Shown: positions 53,767 through 64,000 of the stretch, piece after piece
Layout: each line of letters opens with the position of its first letter
How positions within the stretch are numbered: the stretch's first letter is position 1
Assembly: GCF_009914755.1 (NCBI RefSeq)
Contig: NC_060932.1
Source of the DNA: the human T2T-CHM13v2.0 reference genome, Homo sapiens
Strand: one strand, 5' to 3'
Length of the DNA stretch: 64,000 nt
The notes under the pieces: model-generated
Databases searched by the model: none
What the model was told of the DNA's origin: nothing
Seen by the model: only the letters and a program-made list of their open reading frames with translations
Program-made: the position numbers and the translations under genes

Positions 53767-54744
53767 GCCCCCTCCTTTTTCTTGCATCCCCTCCAGCTCC
53801 ATCCTTCCCCTGGTGGTCTCCCAGAGTGTCAACCTCAGGAGAACTTAGTTGGAACCAAAAGCTTCCACCTCCCAGCCTCCTTAAACCTCACCTTTCTCCT
53901 CTACATCAGTCCCAAACTAGAGGCTGAGCTACTTGCTAAGGGTCATACACTTTTCATCCACACTCCCATCTCCATTCTCCCACCAGTTCCTGTTCACAAC
54001 CAAGTCCCCTTCTCCTTTCCCAGTCTTCCTCTTGCATGCTCCACTAGCTAGCAGAAGTTTGAGGAAGTATTTATGTGCAATGTACAAAGTGAGTTCCAGT
54101 TCCCTGACGGCCAGCTTTATTTTTAGCAGCCCTCCAGGCTCCTGCATGTCTCTTTCGAGCTCCTTGGCTTCCCGGTCTTTTCAGCAGGAGCAGAGATGTG
54201 CCTGGATACAAATAAGATACACACTCTGAGTCTTTTTTACCTAAATATTTGCAGCTCCCAACCAGCAAGTCTAATAGTCCAGCCTTCTCTCTGTGAACCT
54301 ATTTTGTCTTCCCCACTCCTCAACTGCTTGTTTTTCCAGTTTTTGGATTACTGCCAGGAGCAATCATTTCCCTTTCCCCACAAAGGAGCAGAGAGATGCT
54401 TCCCTTTCCAAATACAGAGACACTGGAGCAGGAGGGGCTGCAGAACCATATTTGGCAATGGATCTCGGCTACGCTCCTGCAGGACAAGGAAAATCCAAGA
54501 GAGGAGACCCAAAAATAATAATAATAAATAAATAACAACAACAACAACAAAAAAACCTCACACAGGAGAAAAGGTTTAAGGCTTTAAGGACAAACATGTT
54601 GCTTAGAACCTAGGGGTTGGGCCTTATAAGTCCCCTTAACCCCAGCCAGGTAGCTGAAAACTGACATGGCTAAGCCCAAAACACAATAGACACAGCTCTG
54701 CTGTCCCCACTGTGTATGTGAGGGTCAGTCCACTGGGGCTGTAG

Positions 54745-54950
54745 GTAAGCCCGTGGCTCTGGAGTACCTGCCAGACTTGTGCCCTTAACCTTCATTCAAG
54801 GTACACAACCTGTCTGAGCCTGTTTTCTCATCTGCAAAATGAGATAATTAATGATGCCTTCCTTGCAGGTTTCCTGTGAGCATTCAATATGATGATTACA
54901 GAAGGTACTTATCACTGAGCACTGCTCCATCCACTGCCAGCGCTTAGTAA
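54745..54950 (+). mobile_element. MIR
   Basis: CTGAGCCTGTTTTCTCATCTGCAAAATGAGATAAT. Confidence 0.7.
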
Positions 54951-55429
54951 GGGGTTGTTGTTATGATTTTCATTTTTTACATTCATTTGCTACAAAAACC
55001 CTGGAAACTCTTCCCAAGAAATGGGAACTCCTGAATAGGATGATTGGCTTCTCCTTTTTTTTTTCTTGGCAGCCCCAGAACTTAGCATAGCATAGTATCG
55101 TACACTCAATGTTGGCTGAAGATGAAAAGGCAGAAGATACCATTCCTAGTTCATAGATCAGGTCTAAGGAATAAGGGAACCCCAGTTTGTATGCCTCCAG
55201 CCCCTGTCTTTTCACTAAGCCATGCTTATCCTGAGCTGTCTCACTTACAAAAATGATTTGTAGAGACAGGTAAAGTTATAACAGGTGTTTGTCTGAGGGA
55301 TCAAGAGGGCTGGGGGTGCTTCCATTTCAGACCAGAAACAGGCAGGTGCCAGCTGGTGTTTTCTTGTCCTACACAGGTGTTCTGCATTGCCAGTTCTACC
55401 CCTTGGAATGTCTCAGCTGGACATTCACC

Positions 55430-56170
55430 TACTCATTCATTCACTCGTTCTTTCACTCATTCATTCATCAAGGAGTGATTGCAAACCTGGGAGCAGAGGA
55501 GACAAAAGGCAATGAGACATGGGCTGTACCTTCTTGAAGCTCACAGTCTACCAACAGACACAGCCTGTAAATAAGCAATTGCTGCATACAGAGATGAAGG
55601 TTTTAAAGAAGGTTTGCTTGTGGTCCAACTAGAGATGGTGGAGTAAGAGGTCAGAACTACTTTGGGGGCAAGAACAGGGGTCGGTGAGGACTTTATCCAG
55701 AAGTAAAGGCTGGAGCTGGCTGGGACCTCATTGAGTGAACAGGATGAAGAAGACATTACCAGCTGAGAAAACAGACAAAGGCACAGAGGCATGGCTGAGA
55801 AGAAAGCATTAAGAAGACCACAAACAGCCAGGTGTGATGGTGCATGTCTGTAGTCCCAGCTACTCAGGAAGCTGAGGCCAGAGGATTACTTGAGCCCAGG
55901 AGTTTTAGGCTACAGTGAGCAACAATTACACCACTGCACTCCAGCCTGAGCAACAGGGCAAGACTCTGTCTCAAAAAACAAATAAACAAACAAAAGAAAC
56001 AAACAACTGGGAATGCCATACACCTGGGAAGAGTTAGGAGCAATGCAGCTGGAGAAGGCAGCAGAAACAGGCTGAGCAAGCCTCATGGGCTTTATCCTGA
56101 AGGCAGCTGTGGACCACTGAAGATTTTCGGGCAGGGAAATGATACGACAGATTTGCATTTTAGGAACAAG
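55430..56170 (-). mobile_element. L2 interrupted by an Alu monomer
   Basis: (TTCA)n tail, GAAGCTCACAGTCTA, CAGATTTGCATTTTAG. Confidence 0.7.
55826..56005 (+). mobile_element. Alu right monomer (FRAM/AluJ)
   Basis: TGTAGTCCCAGCTACTC...CTTGAGCCCAGGAG...(AAAC)n tail. Confidence 0.85.
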
Positions 56171-56218
56171 GTGAGCCTTTCTGATCCATGTATGAACTCA
56201 TCAGGCCCACTTAAGTGA

Positions 56219-56796
<578 letters not shown>

Positions 56797-57035
56797 GCTT
56801 CAACATTTTAAAGTACTTTGAAGGTGAGTCCTCAACCCAAATTTCCAACAGGGTTGTATGTATGATAGGGAGTCCCACAATGCTGCTAAATTGCCTAAAC
56901 ATTACTGGCTAACATTATAAAGTCTTTCCAGCAGAGCATATTTGTAGCCATATGTGAGAGTTTAGCTAAATCCTGTTTTATGTTAAGATTGTCACAAATG
57001 TATTAAAGTATTAAAGAGGTAAAAAGTAGCGTGGA

Positions 57036-57353
<318 letters not shown>

Positions 57354-57519
57354 TTATACTCATCAAATAGATTCTTAGCCCTCTTCAGCAAGTATTTACT
57401 GAAAACGTACTCAATATACAACCCTGTGCTGGGCACTATGGAGTATACAAAGGCAACCTTTCACACTCTCCTTTTCCTCAATGTGTTTTGACACCAGTGA
57501 GAACAGCAAGGGGCAATAG

Positions 57520-57745
57520 GACATTGTGACCAAGAGCACAAACTTTGGGCTTGACAAACTTAGGTTTGCATTCTTGCTCCTCACAAGCATAATCTTGGGA
57601 AAAGTTATTCCATTTCTTTTAAGTTCAGTTTCTTCATCTGTAAAATGGGGAACATAGTACGTCCCTCATAGACTGGTTTCAAGGATTTCATTCAATCAAA
57701 ACTTAAAACATAATGCCTGGGATGTTGCAAGGACTCAATTCATGT
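57520..57745 (+). mobile_element. MIR
   Basis: TCAGTTTCTTCATCTGTAAAATGGGGA. Confidence 0.75.
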
Positions 57746-57759
57746 GGTTGAAAAATATT

Positions 57760-58320
57760 CAGCCACTGTGAAAAAGTTTGGCAGTTCCTCATTAGAAGTT
57801 ATCATGTGATCCAGTAAGTTCATCCCTAAGTATATACCCAAGGTAAATAAAAACATTTGTGCACACAAAACCTTGTATGATAGTGTTCATAGCAGCATTA
57901 TTCACAGCAGTCAAAAGGTGACCCAACTGTCCATCAACAGATGAAAAATTGTGGTGTACACACATGGTAGAATATTCAGCAAGAAAAAGGAATGAAGTCC
58001 TGATATATGTCACAACATGGAGGGATCCCAGGAACATGATGTTAAGCTGAAGAAACCAATCACAGAGGATTACATATTGTATTTTTTCATTTTTATAAAA
58101 TGTCCAGATGGCAAATCCAGACTGGGGAGAACACCACAGGGAATGGGAGAAGGAGACTAGAAGGCACTGCTTAATGGGGACAGGATCTCCTTTGGGGTAA
58201 TGAAAATGTTCTAGATAGAAGTGGTAGTTGCACAACATTGTGGGTGTACTAAATGCCATGAATTATTCGTTTTAAAATGGTTGATTTTATGTCATGTAAA
58301 TTTAATCTCAATTTTTAAAA
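57760..58320 (+). mobile_element. L1MB 3' fragment
   Basis: GTTCATAGCAGCATTATTCACA...TGAAAATGTTCTAGA...TTTAAAATGGTT. Confidence 0.85.
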
Positions 58321-58716
58321 AATGAATCTTTTTTGGCACTGAATGAATGAAAGCACATCATGCTTTTCCTGGTCCTAGGCTGGTCCTGGCTTTTATGTTG
58401 GCTTGAAATTTTGTGCATTGATTCTGTGTCCTGAAACTTCACTGAAGTTTAAAAACCATGGGGGCAAGGCAGGACCCCTGAGCTCCTCTGTAGTCCTCAG
58501 GTTCTAGCAGAAATTCAGTAGACAGTTCTTGCCTTTATGGAGCTTATAGATGGTAGGAGTGTTCCTAAGCTCTGAAGATAAGTTAACACCTTGTACCCAC
58601 AATCTGCAACCTCTGTGCAAAACATTGTAAAGCTCTGAGTCTCAGTTTCTTCCTCAATGAAATAGAAGTAGTAATAATGCCAGCCTCAGAGTTGAGGTGA
58701 GGATTAAAGAGGGATG

Positions 58717-59195
58717 AATTAGTTTCCTAGAGTTGCCACCACAAATTTCCAGCAAGTAGGTGGCTTACAGCAACAGAAATGTATTCTCTCATAGTTCTGG
58801 AGGCTAAACACCTGAAATCAAAGTAATAGCACGGTCATGCTTTCTTTAGAAGCTCTAGGAGAGAATCCTTCCTGGCGTCTTCCAGCTTCTAGTGACTCCA
58901 GGCATTCTTTGGCTTATGGCTGCAATCTTTGCTCTAACTGCACAAGGCCTCTCCTCTTCTCTCTCTATCTCAAATCTCCTTCTACCCGTCTCTTTCACCC
59001 AGGCTGGTCTACCTGTCTCTTAATAAGCACATTTATCATTGGATGTAAGGCCTAGCCAGATAATCTAGGATAATCTTATCTAAAGATTTTTACCTTAATT
59101 ACATCTGCAAAGATCCTATTTCTAAATTAGGTCACATTTACTCTTTCAGGAATTAGTACATAAACATATCTCTTGATGGGGGCGGGGAGCTACCA
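58717..59195 (-). mobile_element. MLT1B/C-like LTR inserted in a MIR
   Basis: CAACAGAAATGTATTCTCTCATAGTTCTGGAGGCT...TTAATTACATCTGCAAAG. Confidence 0.8.
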
Positions 59196-59744
59196 TTCAA
59201 TTCAACCCACTGTTGAAGAGATAATCCTGGTAAGTGCTTTTCTGGCACTTAGTGAATGTCAGATATGTTCTTATGATCATCGTCATCATTGTCTTCTTTA
59301 TTATTCTGTGGCCATATCCCTGTATGTCTCTAGGACAGAGTCTAACTGAAATCTTCATCTCACTGGGGCTCCTCCCAGGCCACAGCCTTCCATCCTTTTT
59401 TAGGATGCTGGAGCCTTTTCTCGTCTCTCCCATTCCCTCGACCCCAGTCCAAATTCAATTCTCACTGGGATTATGCAGCTCTTCTCCCTCAACACTACCA
59501 ACCACCTGAAGCCCCCCATTTCTGCGCCCACCCACTATTCTGAGATTCTGGGATCTTAATCCTGTTTGATCTGTTGGACTATATGCACTGGACTCTTCAG
59601 GTGCCCCTACAGAGCTGACCCTCCGCAGCCCAGTGGCTCTCTCCAACTCATTCCTTTTATTTGGGTCTTGCTCCCTCTTGGTTGAAGCCGAGGGAACAAC
59701 ACACATTCATCCTCAACTAGGGAGCTGATAAAAAGCAAAGACAG

Positions 59745-60331
<587 letters not shown>

Positions 60332-60402
60332 CAATCAAAGGCCCAGGCTACATTTCCAAATCCAGTTAAATCAGAATTTCTGGGGATTGGGACCCAGGGA
60401 TT

Positions 60403-60403
<1 letters not shown>

Positions 60404-60451
<48 letters not shown>
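60404..60451. repeat. (AGAT)12 tetranucleotide STR
   Basis: Perfect run directly visible. Confidence 0.97.
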
Positions 60452-60452
<1 letters not shown>

Positions 60453-60699
60453 TTTTATATCAAAATATGGGGTGGGTAGGCTCTAAATAATTATTATATA
60501 TATTTTTATATATTGTGGTGGCAACTCTAGGAAATGAATTCATCCCTCTTTAATCCTCATCTCAACTCTGTTTCCAATGGGCAGCCAAGATAAAGAATGC
60601 CTACCCTGGGGCATAAGCACCCAAGAATGGCATTGCTCCATTTCTAAGCACTGGAAATTTTCAAGATGTATAAAATGTAGCTATTGCTTACTAAACAGT

Positions 60700-60930
60700 T
60701 CTGGAGCAGAAAGAGTTTTATGGGGGAAAGCCTGGGTCTTGGTGATAGGCTTGGAATCAAATCTTGCCACTTATTAAGCTGTGTGGCCCTGACCACGTTC
60801 CTTAATCCTTCTGAAGCTCTGTGTTCCTGTGCTTAGAATGGAGTTAATAATACTTATCTCACAGAACTGGTGTGCAGAAGTCATGAATATTAACATCTAG
60901 CAGTCTCTGCACCATAATAAGGAAGACTCA
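60700..60930 (+). mobile_element. MIR
   Basis: TCAAATCTTGCCACTTATTAAGCTGTGTGGCC. Confidence 0.65.
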
Positions 60931-61629
60931 AATTCCTTCTCCTTCCCCTCCTCCCAGAAGTTACAAAAAGTTTAAATCAAATTGCAGACACCAAAAGTGT
61001 ACCTTCTACCAAAGGTTTGTTGGTCCCAGGAAAGGGTTAATTGTTTAGTTTAGAGTCTTAGATATGTGTTCGCTAGATTAGAGGCAATTCCAGAAATCCA
61101 CTCCCAGATGATTAAATTAGGGTGAGGAAAAACGGTGAGGCCGATTTGGCTGTGGCTTCGGGCTACTTGATGGTAATTTGACTAGGTTAACACAAACTGC
61201 AGCACACAGAGATTTGGCAGGCTACAAAAGCTGGTAGACGTGAAAGTTCTGGTGAGCTTTTTGGCAGAATCCTCCCTGTTTTCCCTGATCAAAGGAGAAA
61301 ACCAGAAGGCCATGTGTCCAAGCTGCTTGATCTTCCTGAGCAGCCTTAAAGTTCCTGTTCCTGACCAGCCAATGTTTTCTCTGTTGTCCCTATAAAATCA
61401 AAAGCAGACTCCCCTGTGACACCGGAAGCCAGAACCCAACAGACTGGAAGTGAAGAATTCAGATTTTACAAATGCTCCCAGCATTGTCTCTGCATTTTGC
61501 CTTTTGCAGGAACACCCTGTGGTATTCTTCTTCCAAACTCAAACACATATGCCTTTCCCTTACATTTTCCATCTTTTTACCCTTCCATTAGCAGTTTGCA
61601 AACACTGCTATTGCAATTCTCCTCCCCGA

Positions 61630-62004
61630 TGTATTATTCCATTCTCACGTTGTTATAAAGAACTGCCCAAGACTGGGCAATTTATAAAAGAAAGAGATTT
61701 AATTGACACGGTTTCACAGAACTGGGGAGGCCTCAGGAAACTTACAATGGTGGCAGAAGGGGAAGCAAACACATTCTTCTTTACGTGATGTCAGGAGAGA
61801 GAAATGCCAAGCAAAGGGGGAAAAGCCCCTTATAAAACCATCAGATCTCGTGAGAATTCACTCACTATCATGAGAACAGCAGCATGGGGGTAACTGTCCC
61901 CAAGATTCAATTACCTCCCACTGAATCCCTCCTATGACACTTGAGGATTATGGGAACTACAATTCAAGATGACATTTGGTTGGGGACACAGCCAAACCAT
62001 ATCA
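61630..62004 (-). mobile_element. THE1C/D solo LTR
   Basis: GGGAGGCCTCAGGAAACTTACAAT...GGGACACAGCCAAACCATATCA. Confidence 0.9.
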
Positions 62005-62524
62005 CATGAGCTAATAAAGACAGAGTCATCTATAATGTCTCTCACACATCTTTTCCTCATCTCTTTGTCCCTGGTTCCCAGCAGAATGTCTGGTACTTTC
62101 ATCCATTTATTCATTCAGTCAATATTTATGGCGTATCTGTTGTTTTCCAGGCACGGTACTTTACCCCTTGTGCATACTTAGTGCCTGCCACATAGAAGAT
62201 AATCCACTGAATAATTGTTGAAGTAAATTAAGCTTATTTAGAGCCCACCCACCCTAATGAACTGGGTTGTAGATAATACGTTAGCAAAATTCCAGTGGGC
62301 CATGCATTCTCAGATATCCTGAGCAAAATGTATCATCTCATATGGAAGCTCATATCACTACCTCAAATCCTCACCATGAAAGCAATTTTAGAGTTCACTT
62401 AGACCATTGGATCCCAAATGTGGATCCCTAGGTGATTCTGATGCCAGAGTTGAAACCAGTCCAACCTCCCAACCAAAAATCATCTCCTTGCTACAGCTTC
62501 TCCAATGCAATTGGATAGTAGGTT

Positions 62525-63375
62525 CCAATGCCCTTCACATAATACCCAGCCACCTTACCAGGACCAACAAGGACCCGTAGGATCTGGTCCCTACCTGCTC
62601 TCATTGCCTAGTGCTCTGTCCCTCTGCTCACTACACCAGCCACACTGAGCTTCTCTCTGCTCCTGAGTGCACCAAGCTACTTCCAACCTCCAGGCCTTTG
62701 TCCTTTCTGGTCCTTCTGATCACTCAGGTCACACCTCAGAGGTTATTGTCTCAGAAATACCTTCTCTAGCCACCCAGTAAAGCACAATCTATTACACACA
62801 CACGCACATAAAACACACACACACACACACACAATACAGTCATTCTTTTACATTCCCTTTTATTGGGACAATGGCACCCATCACTAGCTACAATTACCTT
62901 TGTATCTGTCTGTTCACTTATTTATTGTCTGTCTCCACTACTAGGATGGAAATTTCATGAAGGCAGAGATCTTGGCCGGGTGCAGTGGCTCACACCTGTA
63001 ATCCCGGCATCTTGTGAGTCCGAGGCAGGAGGATCACGAGGTCAGGAGTTCAAGACCAGCCTGGCCAAGATGGTGAAACCCTGACTCTACTAAAAATCCA
63101 AAAATTAGCCAGGCGTGGTGGTGGCTGCCTGTAAGCCCAGCTACTCTGGAGGCTGAGGCAGAGAATTGCTTGAATCTGGGAGGCAGAGGTTGCAGTGAGC
63201 CAAAATTGCACCACTGCACTCCAGCCTGGGCAACAGAGTGAGACTCCGTCTCAAAAAAAAAAAAAAAAAAAAGAAAGAAAGAAAACAAGCAGAGATCTTT
63301 CATGTCTTTTTCACTACTGCATCTATGTCTAGTACATAGTAAATGTTTCATGAGCACTAGTTAAATTAATGAATC
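62525..63375 (+). mobile_element. L2 3' region interrupted by (CA)n and an Alu
   Basis: CCAGCCACACTGAGCTTCT...TGTCTCCACTACTAGGATGG. Confidence 0.7.
62974..63288 (+). mobile_element. AluS (Sg-like)
   Basis: Full dimer; TSD GCAGAGATCTT at 62963-62973 and 63289-63299. Confidence 0.93.
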
Positions 63376-63399
63376 TGTCAGCAAATCATTCATTGTACT

Positions 63400-63850
63400 A
63401 AGGAAGGTGAACCTTCTACATCTGCTGCATGCCCCTAGTGATGGAGGGAGGCATCTCACCCCCGTTCAAGGCCACTCTATTCCACTGTGGGCCAGTTGAG
63501 ATTATTAGAGAATTTTTCCCAGTGCCAAGCTGTCACCTGCCTCCCTCTTGCCTCCTGCCACTGGCTCTGCTTTAATTCCCTGTAGCTGCCCCCAACAAGC
63601 CTGGTCCTCCTGCATATGACAGTCCTTCAAATATTTGAAGACTGTTAAGTTTCCTCTCTGCCTTCTATTGTCCCAGTGAATGGCTTCCTGGAGATGTTGT
63701 CAAGAAACAAGGCTGTGTTTACATTTAATGACTGTGCCCATAAAACACTTCAGCTTCCTGAATCTGTAAACGGCCTGTGTTTTTATTTTCCAGGACAGCT
63801 GCCGACACACTGCCAGGGTGGGGCTTGCACTTGCATTTTCCCCATCTCCG
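63400..63850 (-). mobile_element. L3/CR1 fragment
   Basis: TGACAGTCCTTCAAATATTTGAAGAC, typical of L3. Confidence 0.65.
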
Positions 63851-64000
63851 AGCTGTCCCTGGGAAGAGTCCAAGGGTTGTCTTTACAGGCCGTGAGAAAT
63901 ATGCATCTGGAAATATCAATTTCTAAGAAAGGTACTTGTGAGCTCCTTAGAAGAAAAAAGTAAAAAAGGTGTGAGAGAAGAAGGAAGTCCCTACAGCAGC

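Overview
Primate (human-like) non-coding genomic DNA, intronic or intergenic. It is dense with interspersed repeats: about 17 Alu elements or fragments (J, S, Y), three L1PA 3' fragments, several old L1M pieces, many MIR, L2 and L3 relics, MaLR/ERVL solo LTRs (MLT1, MLT2A, MSTA, THE1, LTR16) and DNA-transposon fossils (MER5, MER20, MER33, MER44, MER58, MER81, a MER96-type hAT). I found no CpG island, no convincing protein-coding exon, no RNA gene and no CRISPR-like array. The longest ORF (283 aa) is an L1 ORF2 remnant; the other ORFs are Alu/microsatellite read-through or look like chance. I cannot name the locus and cannot support a new biological system. The strongest observations are footprints of retrotransposition and repair: an L1PA with both a twin-priming inversion and a probable 3' transduction, a second L1PA with a short transduction, an ancient inverted L1MA, an orphan poly(A) insertion with a perfect TSD, two probable template-switch palindromes, and a hAT fossil keeping part of its transposase dimerization domain. 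Weaker candidates are a few enhancer-like motif clusters and a micro-exon splice-signal cluster. Subfamily names come from remembered consensus motifs, and boundaries of old repeats are approximate (tens of bp).
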